From an uncultured Gammaproteobacteria bacterium (GTDB lineage: Bacteria > Patescibacteriota > Microgenomatia > Levybacterales > UBA12049), in contig CAZDOJ010000001.1 in the NCBI GenBank assembly GCA_964507055.1, positions 721,313-785,312 of the forward strand: a stretch of DNA of 64,000 nt, in the 5' to 3' direction. Below, in pieces: positions 49,599-59,147 of the stretch. Below the pieces are notes generated by a model. It did not search any database, was not told the origin of the DNA, and worked only from the letters and a program-made list of their open reading frames with translations. A program made the position numbers and the translations under genes. Within the stretch, counting starts at the first letter, position 1, and every line of letters starts with the position of its first letter.

Positions 49599-51968
49599 TT
49601 AAATTGCTTGATGTGCGGTAACTATTGGTTCTTCATCAACTGCTTTATCAGCTACTTTTGCCTTTGGAAGAGGCTTGGTCAAAGCAATTTTCAGTACTTC
49701 ATCCATTTGGCTAACAAACTTGAAATGTAAATCCTTAACTACTTCTTGTGGAATATCTTCAAGATCTTTCTTATTATCTTTTGGTAAGATAATTGTCTTC
49801 AATCCTGCTCTATGTGCAGCAATAACCTTCTCTTTTACTCCACCGATTTCAAGTGCTCGACCTCTTAGTGTAACTTCACCAGTCATAGCAACCTTACGAT
49901 TAACAGGAATCTTAGTCAAAGCTGAAACAATAGCTGTTGAGATAGCTAGCCCCGCTGATGGGCCGTCCTTTGGTACTGCGCCTTCAGGTACGTGGACATG
50001 AATATCAGTTTTTTGGAATAACTTATCAGAGATTCCCATTGTGTGAGCCCGTGATCTGATATAGGAAAGTGCCGCTTGTGCTGATTCTTTCATCACATCT
50101 CCCAATTGTCCAGTCAAGGTAAGAACACCTTTTCCAGGCATCAATGCAACTTCTATAAAGAGGATATCGCCACCAGCCTCAGTCCATGCCAAACCTGTTG
50201 TTTGTCCTATTTCGTCTTTCTTTTCCATCATTGTACCGTGATACTTCATCGGTCCGAGGTACTTTGGTATATCGATCGCTTTCACAGTAATCTTTGATTT
50301 TTCGCCCTCTGCAACCTTCTTTGCAACCTTTCGGAGTACTGTTGCAATTCTTCGTTCTAGATTACGCACACCAGCTTCACGTGTGTAGTGATGAATAATG
50401 TATTGCAATGCTTCGTCAGTCAATTCAACCTGCTTATCTTTCAAACCATGATTTTCAAGCTGTTTTCCGATTAAGAAATCGTGTGAGATCTTGAATTTTT
50501 CATCATGTGTATATCCAGCAAAATGAATAATTTCAAGTCTGTCTCGAAGTGCTGGTGGAATTGTGTCCAAAACATTTGCTGTAGTAATGAACATAACATT
50601 GGAAAGATCAAAAGGAACTTCAAGATAGTGATCAGAGAAAGTACCATTCTGTTCTGGATCTAATGCTTCGAGTAATGCACTTGATGGATCTCCTCGGAAA
50701 TCTGAACCTACTTTATCAATTTCATCGAGCATGAAGACTGGATTTTTTGTACCTGAGTCTTTAATGCCCTGAATGATACGACCTGGAAGTGCTCCAACAT
50801 ATGTTCGACGATGTCCTCGGATTTCAGCTTCATCACGGATACCACCAAGTGATACACGGACGAACTTTCGGCCTAATGCACGAGCAATAGATTTACCGAT
50901 AGAAGTCTTACCAACACCTGGAGGTCCTGCAAAACAAAGGATAGGGCCCTTCATCTTTCCTGAAAGCTTATGAACTGCGAGATATTCAATAATACGCTCT
51001 TTTGCTTTTGATAAACCATAGTGATCCTCATCCAAAATCTTCTCAGCTGTTTTAATATTTGAACTATCTTTACTCTCTTGACTCCAAGGAAGTGCGACCA
51101 TCAAATCAAGATAATTACGGATGTATCCAGCTTCAGGATTGAATTGATTCATATTTTGAAGCTTATTTAATTCCTTACGTGCTTTTTCTTCAACTTCTTG
51201 TGGCATCTTTGCCTCTTTTATTTTGTTAAGAAGGACTCGGATCTCAGAATTTTCTTCCTTATCACCCAATTCTTCTTCAATTGTTCGAAGTCTTTCGCGA
51301 AGCATTGCTTCACGAGCACCTTTTTCAAATCTTTCTTGCGTCTTAGAAGCAATTCGGCGTTCTAATTCGAGGATCTTTATTTCCTTTGCAAGAAGTTCTG
51401 TCAATTTTTGCAAACGTGCTTTTACATCGGTCATTTCAAGCAAATCTTGTCGTTCTTGTGGTTTAAGATCGAGTGCTGATGCAATAAGATCAGAAAGTTC
51501 TGCAGGTGAAGTTTCGGACATGATATTCATGAAAAGCAAAAAATCTGCTGACTTTCCAAAGTTCATAGCTTTACGGAATTCATTTGTAAGGTGATTGCAG
51601 AGTGCTTTAATCTCTTCATTCTTTTCAACTTCTTCTGGGAGCTCGACAACTCGTGCCATGAAATAAGATTCATGTTTTTCATATCCAAGGATTTTTACAC
51701 GGGATAGACCACGAACCTGTGCATTTATTTCGCCATCAGTTCGGATCATACGTTCGATTCGAGATAAAGTACCGATCTCATAAAGGTCATCAGAACTTGG
51801 ATCATTTAACCGAGCATTTTTCTGAAGGACGAAACAAACAACTCGTTCTTTTTGAAAAGCAGATTCAAGAGCTGCAAGACTTTTTGGACGTCCAAACGTA
51901 AGGACTGAATCTGTACTTGGGAAGATTATTCCATCTCTTATTGGAATTATTGGGACAACTTTTTCCAT
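49599..51968 (-). CDS. lon: ATP-dependent Lon protease
   Basis: N-terminal LON domain, Walker A 'GPPGVGKTS', catalytic Ser 'PKDGPSAGLAISTAIVSALT', Lys 'EKVIAAHRAG'. Confidence 0.9.
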   Translation of the reverse strand: MEKVVPIIPIRDGIIFPSTDSVLTFGRPKSLAALESAFQKERVVCFVLQKNARLNDPSSDDLYEIGTLSRIERMIRTDGEINAQVRGLSRVKILGYEKHESYFMARVVELPEEVEKNEEIKALCNHLTNEFRKAMNFGKSADFLLFMNIMSETSPAELSDLIASALDLKPQERQDLLEMTDVKARLQKLTELLAKEIKILELERRIASKTQERFEKGAREAMLRERLRTIEEELGDKEENSEIRVLLNKIKEAKMPQEVEEKARKELNKLQNMNQFNPEAGYIRNYLDLMVALPWSQESKDSSNIKTAEKILDEDHYGLSKAKERIIEYLAVHKLSGKMKGPILCFAGPPGVGKTSIGKSIARALGRKFVRVSLGGIRDEAEIRGHRRTYVGALPGRIIQGIKDSGTKNPVFMLDEIDKVGSDFRGDPSSALLEALDPEQNGTFSDHYLEVPFDLSNVMFITTANVLDTIPPALRDRLEIIHFAGYTHDEKFKISHDFLIGKQLENHGLKDKQVELTDEALQYIIHHYTREAGVRNLERRIATVLRKVAKKVAEGEKSKITVKAIDIPKYLGPMKYHGTMMEKKDEIGQTTGLAWTEAGGDILFIEVALMPGKGVLTLTGQLGDVMKESAQAALSYIRSRAHTMGISDKLFQKTDIHVHVPEGAVPKDGPSAGLAISTAIVSALTKIPVNRKVAMTGEVTLRGRALEIGGVKEKVIAAHRAGLKTIILPKDNKKDLEDIPQEVVKDLHFKFVSQMDEVLKIALTKPLPKAKVADKAVDEEPIVTAHQAI

Positions 51969-52159
51969 AATATTTTTTTTGATTTACCGACTTTTTGTGG
52001 TTGTCTGCAAATCGTATTAGCAATCTATCATAGATTCTGCTAATTGTCAATGACTCAGACTAGATCATATATTTTATCTATTTAAGACTGAGCCAATTGT
52101 GGATTACAATGTATCAACTTAACCTTCTACTGTCAACCCTACATTACTTTGTTGATAAG

Positions 52160-52525
52160 CTATTTAGCCTTGGTGTGCTTTTTAACCATAGAGAGAAGAT
52201 CATCTATATTAAATGGTTTAAGGAGAAAATCATCTGCTCCCGATTCTTTCGTGATCTTTTCTGTCTCATTATTTGCAGACATCATGACAAGCGGTATATG
52301 TTTGGTATGGGGTTTTGATTTTATATTCTTTGCTATCTGCCCACCATCTTCTCCAAAAAGCCAAATATCCAAGAGGATCATATCAGGTGCATGCTTGTCG
52401 ACTGTTTTATAGACATGCTCACCTTGATCAGCAGTTAAGACATCATAGCCCTCGTTTTCTAGAATAATCTTAACTACTTCTATGATTGCTTTATCGTCTT
52501 CAGCGACGAGGATCTTTTTCTTCAT
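52160..52525 (-). CDS. single-domain response regulator (CheY-like receiver), paralog of 48491..48910
   Basis: 'KILVAEDDKAI', 'MILLDIWL', 'IPLVMMSA', 'KPFNIDDLL'. Confidence 0.75.
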   Translation of the reverse strand: MKKKILVAEDDKAIIEVVKIILENEGYDVLTADQGEHVYKTVDKHAPDMILLDIWLFGEDGGQIAKNIKSKPHTKHIPLVMMSANNETEKITKESGADDFLLKPFNIDDLLSMVKKHTKAK

Positions 52526-53134
52526 CTATTTTTCAACTAGTTTCGAATATATTACATGTCGATCTGAATATCCACTTTCCTTATTCCAATCACCATCGCA
52601 TGTAATGAGGTTAAGCATCGGTGTTGAAGCATTTCCAAAAACCTCAGCTATTGGAAAATCTTTATTGGGATATTTCTTTGAATCGGTAACTTCAAAAGTC
52701 CATTCCTTTCCTTTATCGTCAGTCACTACAATTTCGTCTCCGGCTTCAAGCTTATTTAAATCCCAAAAGACTGCCGCTGAACCATCTTTTCTATCATAGT
52801 GTCCTGCAAGTACCGCATTTCCATTCATACCAGGTCGGAAACCAGGATTATACCATGCGGTGTTATCATCATTACTGGGAGTGTCCATTCTACCTTCTGA
52901 ATCATTAGCGACAGATTCTACTGAAGCATCAACATTTATTTTTGGGATTCGAACATGCTTAGGAACTCCAGGTAAAGGAGCCTGAGTTACTTTCGCTAGT
53001 TCTTCTTCTGATTGTTTTGACTGGGTTGAAAGGACTTGTTTGTCATTATCATTTTTGACGAAGTGTGAGGCAGAGGTCCCAATTATTATCCCAGAAACAA
53101 TAATGACTACTATTGTTACGAGTGCTTTTAACAT
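52526..53134 (-). CDS. sortase (class E/F-like)
   Basis: N-terminal TM anchor, 'AVLAGHYD' His, 'LNLITCDGDW' TLxTC Cys, downstream Arg. Confidence 0.7.
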   Translation of the reverse strand: MLKALVTIVVIIVSGIIIGTSASHFVKNDNDKQVLSTQSKQSEEELAKVTQAPLPGVPKHVRIPKINVDASVESVANDSEGRMDTPSNDDNTAWYNPGFRPGMNGNAVLAGHYDRKDGSAAVFWDLNKLEAGDEIVVTDDKGKEWTFEVTDSKKYPNKDFPIAEVFGNASTPMLNLITCDGDWNKESGYSDRHVIYSKLVEK

Positions 53135-53158
53135 AATAAAAAATTAATTATTTTCAAC

Positions 53159-53206
53159 GGAGCAAGATGTATCAACAATGGTCAACACATCTTGCTCCAT
53201 ATTTTT
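53159..53206. terminator. 12-bp perfect hairpin GGAGCAAGATGT-(16 nt)-ACATCTTGCTCC followed by ATATTTTT
   Basis: Seen directly. Lies between the small secreted-peptide gene and the sortase start, 25 nt upstream of the sortase ATG on the minus strand. T-run is on the plus side, so it could be a bidirectional terminator or attenuator. Confidence 0.45.
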
Positions 53207-53237
53207 AAACGACATATTAGTTTAACTAATATAAAGC

Positions 53238-53420
53238 TTAGTAAGCTCTGTTACCAGTTGCTGGTGCTTCACTTGGCATAGCTGCACTAGTTGTTGGTGT
53301 TACAGTTGTCGTGTTGTTTGTTGTGTTTGTAGGTGTTGCTGTTTGTGCAAATGTCATTGTTGCCGCTGCCATTGCTGAAACTGCGAATACACCTGTTGCG
53401 ATTACTGCTTTTTTGATCAT
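53238..53420 (-). CDS. 60-aa secreted Thr-rich peptide
   Basis: Signal peptide 'MIKKAVIATGVFAVSAMAAATMTFAQ', then 'TATPTNTTNNTTTVTPTTSAAMPSEAPATGNRAY'. No membrane anchor. Confidence 0.4.
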   Translation of the reverse strand: MIKKAVIATGVFAVSAMAAATMTFAQTATPTNTTNNTTTVTPTTSAAMPSEAPATGNRAY

Positions 53421-53824
53421 ATACTCACCTCCCTTCGTGCAATTGAATTACTCTTTATATTTTAAAGCTCATTGAGTAGAAGCTTTATCGACCCATCAAT
53501 AAACTGATGAGGAACGATTAATTCATCCTAACATACTTTTTATTTTGCCGTCAACCGCATAGCTATTTTCTTACATCTAAAAGTACCTGACTCTTTAAAT
53601 ATTCATACATTAAGATAAGCTTTTTACATAAAATCGACTAATATTTTGAGCTCTGTCATCTTGATAATTACATAAAGTTAAGAAAAAGTAGCTCAACATT
53701 TCTTTCTGATTCCTTACAAGATTTTGGTTAATCTCTTATTGTTAAGCATTATCCTAACTGGTGTATACAGAAAAAACTTTAGAACACATTTTAAATAGTT
53801 TTTAGGAAAGGAGGTGAATACACA

Positions 53825-54010
53825 ATGGCTAAAACAATGAAAAAAGGAAAAGGCAGAGGTTTTGCTTCAATGAGCAAAGATAAACAGCGCGAAATCGCAA
53901 GTAAAGGTGGTCGTGCTGCGCATATCAAAGGCACTGCCCACAAATGGACAAGTGAGGAAGCTCGAAAAGCCGGTCAACTCGGTGGTCGTGCTCGCCAAAA
54001 GAAGTCCTAA
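53825..54010 (+). CDS. KGG-repeat general stress protein (YciG/Con-10-like)
   Basis: 'SKGGRAAHIKG', 'GQLGGRARQKK' KGG motifs; strong SD AGGAAAGGAGGTGA 8 nt upstream. Confidence 0.75.
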   Translation: MAKTMKKGKGRGFASMSKDKQREIASKGGRAAHIKGTAHKWTSEEARKAGQLGGRARQKKS

Positions 54011-54101
54011 TGGAATTCGGATTCTCGACCGTTATAGACGAGAAGCGAACTAGGTTCGCAAACTTACTGCCCAATGCAGAGGAAGGAGGTGAAAAGTTTT
54101 T

Positions 54102-54353
54102 ATGAATATTTTATCTTGGTTAATCTTTGGAACTATTGTAGGTATTGTCGCTAATGCTATTGACCCTGCACCTAATAGAGGCGGAATATTTGGTTCAATT
54201 TTATTAGGAATTGTTGGAGCACTCGTTGGCGGATTCCTAGCAAATCTCATATTCGGAATAACGGTGACCGGATTTAACGTAACATCATTCTTAGTCGCAA
54301 TTGCTGGATCATTGCTATTACTCTTTGTCGGCAAAGCAATGCGAAGAGCCTAG
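54102..54353 (+). CDS. GlsB/YeaQ/YmgE-family stress membrane protein (transglycosylase-associated)
   Basis: 'MNILSWLIFGTIVGIVANAI...GGIFGSILLGIVGALVGGFLANLIFG'; SD GGAAGGAGGTGA. Confidence 0.8.
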   Translation: MNILSWLIFGTIVGIVANAIDPAPNRGGIFGSILLGIVGALVGGFLANLIFGITVTGFNVTSFLVAIAGSLLLLFVGKAMRRA

Positions 54354-54384
54354 GATATGATACGAAATATATACGGGAGTATGA

Positions 54385-54424
54385 GCAATCCCAAAATTTA
54401 TAGATAAAAGAATATTGGGATTGC
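54385..54424 (+). terminator. 10-bp perfect hairpin GCAATCCCAA-(20 nt)-TTGGGATTGC followed by TTCTCT
   Basis: Seen directly, 30 nt after the YeaQ-like stop; the loop is long for a canonical intrinsic terminator. Confidence 0.35.
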
Positions 54425-54483
54425 TTCTCTCGTAAATTAAGGATAAAAATAATTAATTTATTTTTGAAAGGAGGTGAAAAAAC

Positions 54484-54795
54484 ATGCAACTTATGCAAAA
54501 TCAACAAAAGAAAAATAATAAACCAATAAGCCCTATTGCTGCCGGTATTACAGGCGTAGTTATCGGGGCAGCGGGAGCAGCTGCAATTGCTTTATCAGAT
54601 AAAGAAACTCGTAAAAAAGCGACTGGTAAAGCGATGAAAGTAAAAGAAGATCTTCATAAATGGAGTTCTAAAACTATTAAAGATATGCAAACTCACGGAG
54701 AAAAAGTCAAAGCGAGTTCTAAAGACGCAATCGATAATAATAAAGAAACAGTCTCAAAACAATTAAAAGATAAAATTGATGAGACATTTAAATAA
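54484..54795 (+). CDS. YtxH-like general stress protein (N-terminal TM + coiled-coil)
   Basis: 'ISPIAAGITGVVIGAAGAAAIALS' glycine-zipper TM, then K/E-rich helical region; SD AAAGGAGGTGA. Confidence 0.55.
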   Translation: MQLMQNQQKKNNKPISPIAAGITGVVIGAAGAAAIALSDKETRKKATGKAMKVKEDLHKWSSKTIKDMQTHGEKVKASSKDAIDNNKETVSKQLKDKIDETFK

Positions 54796-54851
54796 ATGCA
54801 GCGATATTTAATAAAAGGAAAGGAGGAGAATTCATTCTTCTCCTTTTACTT

Positions 54852-55541
54852 TTATATTGCGTCTCTTAAAGAGGAATCATTTTGAGAATATAATGCCACC
54901 TCTTCTTCAAACCGTTTTATATTTCTTATAGTAATTAATCTTCCTGCTTTTCCAAGAAATCCTTTTTTTTCTAATTTTTTCATTTCAACAGAAGTCGTCT
55001 CACGCGTAATGCCAACGAGAGCGGCAACATCTCTATGTGTTAAAGGAACTTCTATGATAACTTCATTATCACCACTTGGCTTCCCAAAACGCTTTGCACA
55101 GACAAGGAGCGTAGTAGCTACTTTGATGTATGCGTTACTTAAGATAAGATACTCCATCCTACTAAATACTCCATCGACCCTACCCATAGCTTGAGTGGCT
55201 AAGTCATATAAGACATCAGGTTTTGTAGTAATAAACTTTATAAATTCTTCTTGTGGAGCACTCCATAATTCAAGCGGCGTAATTGCTTCAAGATAATACC
55301 CATTTACGCTTTTATTGAATCCATAGGTAAAAGGGAAAAAGTCTTTGGGTTTGAGAATCATAAGTGTTAGCTCTTCCCCATCTTCAGTTATTTTATAGAC
55401 ACGAACATATCCGTTCTTTATATAAAAAACATTTTTGGAGGCATCATTTGGTTGGAGGATCATAACTCGCTTTTTATAATAATGGAGTGGATTAGGTTCA
55501 AAAAATTCATCAAGTTGATCTGCTATAGACTTTTTTATCAT
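54852..55541 (-). CDS. Crp/Fnr-family transcriptional regulator
   Basis: cNMP-binding beta-roll plus C-terminal HTH 'HRDVAALVGITRETTSVEMKKLEKKGFL'. Confidence 0.75.
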   Translation of the reverse strand: MIKKSIADQLDEFFEPNPLHYYKKRVMILQPNDASKNVFYIKNGYVRVYKITEDGEELTLMILKPKDFFPFTYGFNKSVNGYYLEAITPLELWSAPQEEFIKFITTKPDVLYDLATQAMGRVDGVFSRMEYLILSNAYIKVATTLLVCAKRFGKPSGDNEVIIEVPLTHRDVAALVGITRETTSVEMKKLEKKGFLGKAGRLITIRNIKRFEEEVALYSQNDSSLRDAI

Positions 55542-55670
55542 AATCTTAGAATAATATATATAATAGCCATATGCTTTGATAGAAAAATGTGTATCATGTA
55601 AGAATATATTAAGAAACGGCTATAGACTCTTTGTGAATCCCTCATAATTTGGTAAGATTACCTGTATAAA

Positions 55671-56843
55671 ATGAAAAATGATATTTTGGAGCAGATTTAT
55701 CTGACTTCTCTGGATCTTCTTAACGCTAATTCAGCAAAGAAACTAGAATCGACAATCGTAGAATCATCAAAAAAATTGAGCGGAGCGGCTTATGCTCAGC
55801 TTTACTTCAACCAAAAAGACCGATTAAAGAAAATCTATAGCTCTGATGCCGAGATCAAAAAAAGTACGATGGTGAAAATGCCTGGATTTAAGAAATATGC
55901 TCTTAAACATAGTATCGCTACAGTTCCACAAGATGTTCTTAAAACGTGGAATATTGACCATATGCCACCGAATATTCATGCGATTACTGTGATCCCACTG
56001 CTACACAAAGATAATCCTCTGGGATTTCTTGTCCTATTTTTTATTGAGAAAACAGACCTAAGCGAAGAAACGAAAAAAGCCCTTCTTACACTAAGCCAAA
56101 CAGCAGTTCTTGCGATAACAAAATCACGAATTCAGGAGGAATCCAAAAAAGCATTGGAAATACGAGATAGATTTATTTCGCTTGCTTCACATGAACTACG
56201 AACACCTTTGACTTCTTTACATGGATACATCCAATTGCTCCATGCAAGAATGTCAGGAAAAGAATCTGTTGAAGCACGGTGGATAAACGAATTACATATT
56301 GAGAGCATACGATTAACAACTTTAGTAAAAGAATTGCTCGATGTTAATAGAATCAAACAAGGTCAGTTTGCTTTCGTCTTTAGTGAGGTCCCTATGCAAG
56401 AGGTTGTTGAGAAAGCAATTGAACACTATCGATTAACTAGTGCAGATCATCCTATTACTTTCCAGAATAAACTGGAAGATGATGGCAAAGTCGTAGGAGA
56501 TTTCGATAAGCTGGTTGAAATGGTTTCAGGTCTATTAGGAAACGCGATAAAATTTTCAAAGCCACAAGAAAAGATAGCCATTCTACTGAAAAGTACTCAG
56601 GGAATGCTTTCATTAACGGTAAAAGATACTGGAAAAGGTATAAGTAAGAAGGACCTTGCAGCTGTCTTTGATGGGTTTTATAAAAGTTCTCACGCAAGCC
56701 ACCTAGAAGGTATGGGCGTCGGATTACTTTTAGCAAAGCATATCGTTGAGAATCATAGAGGGAAAATCAAAATCACTTCAAAAGAAAATAAGGGAACAAA
56801 AGTGGAAATTACATTACCGACGATTAAGGCTACTCCCCTTTAA
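55671..56843 (+). CDS. cytoplasmic sensor histidine kinase (GAF-like N-domain + HisKA + HATPase_c)
   Basis: H-box 'LASHELRTPLTSLHGYIQLL', N-box 'LLGNAIKFS', G1 'VKDTGKGIS', G2 'GMGVGLLLAK'; no TM. Confidence 0.8.
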   Translation: MKNDILEQIYLTSLDLLNANSAKKLESTIVESSKKLSGAAYAQLYFNQKDRLKKIYSSDAEIKKSTMVKMPGFKKYALKHSIATVPQDVLKTWNIDHMPPNIHAITVIPLLHKDNPLGFLVLFFIEKTDLSEETKKALLTLSQTAVLAITKSRIQEESKKALEIRDRFISLASHELRTPLTSLHGYIQLLHARMSGKESVEARWINELHIESIRLTTLVKELLDVNRIKQGQFAFVFSEVPMQEVVEKAIEHYRLTSADHPITFQNKLEDDGKVVGDFDKLVEMVSGLLGNAIKFSKPQEKIAILLKSTQGMLSLTVKDTGKGISKKDLAAVFDGFYKSSHASHLEGMGVGLLLAKHIVENHRGKIKITSKENKGTKVEITLPTIKATPL

Positions 56844-58433
56844 AACGCATGCTTCATAGGGACCTAATGTGATTTGTGTTTCGTTATCAGCGATTGTATG
56901 ATCCGCATTTGTAGATACAACTACCTGCATATCAGAAAACGGTAAGGTCCCAATTTGGTCCTGATCAGTAAAATTCAACAGAATAACTCGCATATCATTA
57001 TCAATCGATCGAGTGAATGCAAAAATCTCATTGTTTTTAACGTCTAGACTATCATATGCACCATTAATAATAACCGCATCCTCCTGACGCATTTTTAGAA
57101 GCTTCCTGTAAAGTGAAAGCATTGAATGCACATCCTTACTTTCATTGGAAACATTTCGTTCCTCCCAAGCATTTTCCAAAGGCAACCACGGTGTTCCTTT
57201 CGTAAATCCAGCATTTTTTGAAGCATCCCATTGCATTGGAGTTCGGACTGGATCACGTCCAAATCCTGGCGACGTATATTCTTTCGTGTCATGAATCATT
57301 TCTCGCGGGATATGCACATCTTCCATACCAAGTTCCTCCCCATAATAAATAACAGGCATACCTGGAAGTGTCAAAAGTAATACTGCTGCAATCTTTGATT
57401 GCCCACGACCAAATCGTGTAGATATACGTGGCTTATCATGATTCCCAAAAACAAATGTTGGAAGCTCTGTTGGAGTTAAGGATTTGATATAAGCCGTAAC
57501 AAATTGTCTGTATGAATCCGCACTCCAAGGAATACGTTGGAGTTCAAAGTTGAAGGGGATGACATTCCCACTGGAGATATTCTCGTAATATTTTTTGTAA
57601 ATCGGGATTGCATCAGTTCCTTTTTTATTGAGATACGATTCAGTAATAAGAAATCCGTCACCATGTTCTTTAATGAATGAACCGAGTTCATCGATAATTT
57701 CAAATACTTTCTCTTGATCACGCATATATATATGCAACTTTTTATAAAACGGTTGTATCGCACCTTCAACATAGGTTAGATCATCAGGTTCATCAAGAAA
57801 TCGTGGATCTTTCCAAAGGTAATTTGCAGCATCCAACCGAAATCCATCGACATCTTTATCAATCCAAAACTTGATAACCTTTTTTACTGCTTGCATCACT
57901 TCGGGATTTGCCCAATTGAGATCAGGCTGCTCAGTAAGAAATGAATGGAAATAATATTGTCCCGTTGATTCATCCCAAGCCCACGGTGTCGGCTCAAAAA
58001 CACTCATCCAGTTATTTGGCTCTTTGCCGTCGACTTTGTCTTTCCAAATATACCAATCTCTTTTGGGATTATCACGGCTGGATCGAGATTCTTGAAACCA
58101 TGGATGCTGATCTGAGGTATGATTTACAACAAGATCGATTACCACTTTAATCCCTCGGGCATGTGCTTGTTCAATAAACTTTTCAAAATCTTTCAGAGTT
58201 CCAAACTCTGGGGAGACATCACAATAATTCTCAATATCATAGCCTCCATCCTTCATCGGAGATGGATAAAATGGAGTAATCCAGATGGCATTAATACCTA
58301 ATTCTTTGAGGTAATCGAGTCGAAAAATGATGCCATTGAGATCACCATAGCCATCACCATTGGAATCTTGGAAACTTCGAGGATATATTTCGTATAGAAC
58401 GAGATTATTCTTTGATGACATAACCAAAGCCAC
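56814..58433 (-). CDS. GH13 alpha-glucosidase / oligo-1,6-glucosidase-like
   Basis: 'LYEIYPRSFQDSNGDGYGDLNGI', 'DLVVNHTSDQHPWF', catalytic 'GFRLDAANYL', 'EELGME'. Confidence 0.8.
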   Translation of the reverse strand: MALVMSSKNNLVLYEIYPRSFQDSNGDGYGDLNGIIFRLDYLKELGINAIWITPFYPSPMKDGGYDIENYCDVSPEFGTLKDFEKFIEQAHARGIKVVIDLVVNHTSDQHPWFQESRSSRDNPKRDWYIWKDKVDGKEPNNWMSVFEPTPWAWDESTGQYYFHSFLTEQPDLNWANPEVMQAVKKVIKFWIDKDVDGFRLDAANYLWKDPRFLDEPDDLTYVEGAIQPFYKKLHIYMRDQEKVFEIIDELGSFIKEHGDGFLITESYLNKKGTDAIPIYKKYYENISSGNVIPFNFELQRIPWSADSYRQFVTAYIKSLTPTELPTFVFGNHDKPRISTRFGRGQSKIAAVLLLTLPGMPVIYYGEELGMEDVHIPREMIHDTKEYTSPGFGRDPVRTPMQWDASKNAGFTKGTPWLPLENAWEERNVSNESKDVHSMLSLYRKLLKMRQEDAVIINGAYDSLDVKNNEIFAFTRSIDNDMRVILLNFTDQDQIGTLPFSDMQVVVSTNADHTIADNETQITLGPYEACVLKGSSLNRR

Positions 58434-59115
58434 GAACAGAGTGCAGTAGCTTTTTCTCAGAATCTGAATCTACTTTCTTTCGGAGATATCCCATGTAGAC
58501 ATCGACGACACGGGTTTCAACATCACTTGAGTATAACCAGATTCGGGAAAGAATCATTTCTCGAGTAAGGATACGACCTTTGTTACTCATTAAATATTGC
58601 AATAATTTAAATTCCTGTGGAGTTAATTGGATTTGCTTGCCACTTCTTTTTACTTCCATTGTCTTTGAATCTAGTTCTAAATCTGCAACTTTCAAAACAG
58701 CTTCATTACTAACTTGTTTTCTGAGTCGGGCTTTAATACGAGCGAGAAATTCATCAGCGACAAATGGCTTTGTCATATAATCATCTGCACCAAGGTTTAA
58801 TCCTTCAACAATATCGTTAATTGAGTCTTTTGCTGTAAGAATGATTATTGGGAGGTCTTTATACTTCTTACGAATTTCGCGAGTAACTGCTTCACCTGAC
58901 ATAACTGGAAGTCCAAGATCCATAACTACTAAATCAGGTTCAGTTTTTTTGAAGTAATCTAAGGCTGCGATACCATCAGAAACAGTATGCACGGAGTATC
59001 CGTTATCAAGAAGTAATTCTTTAAGATATTTTTGCAATCCACGGTCGTCTTCGACCACTAATATTGTTTGCATCATAACTCGTGCCATTATAGCAACAAA
59101 TGTAAGAACGCACAA
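58405..59115 (-). CDS. OmpR-family response regulator (REC + winged helix)
   Basis: 'ILVVEDDRGLQ', 'LVVMDLGLP', 'PIIILTAKD', winged helix 'LTPQEFKLLQYLMSNKGRILTREMI...MGYLRKK'. Likely start at Met14/15 (~59073). Confidence 0.8.
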   Translation of the reverse strand: MCVLTFVAIMARVMMQTILVVEDDRGLQKYLKELLLDNGYSVHTVSDGIAALDYFKKTEPDLVVMDLGLPVMSGEAVTREIRKKYKDLPIIILTAKDSINDIVEGLNLGADDYMTKPFVADEFLARIKARLRKQVSNEAVLKVADLELDSKTMEVKRSGKQIQLTPQEFKLLQYLMSNKGRILTREMILSRIWLYSSDVETRVVDVYMGYLRKKVDSDSEKKLLHSVRGFGYVIKE

Positions 59116-59147
59116 CTCATAAAATAGCGTATGTAAAAAATTTCAAG

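Noticed and set aside
53238-53420. Calling the 60-aa peptide a bona fide LPXTG sortase substrate
   Set aside because: It has no hydrophobic anchor or basic tail after the APATG sequence, so it is kept only as a low-confidence observation.
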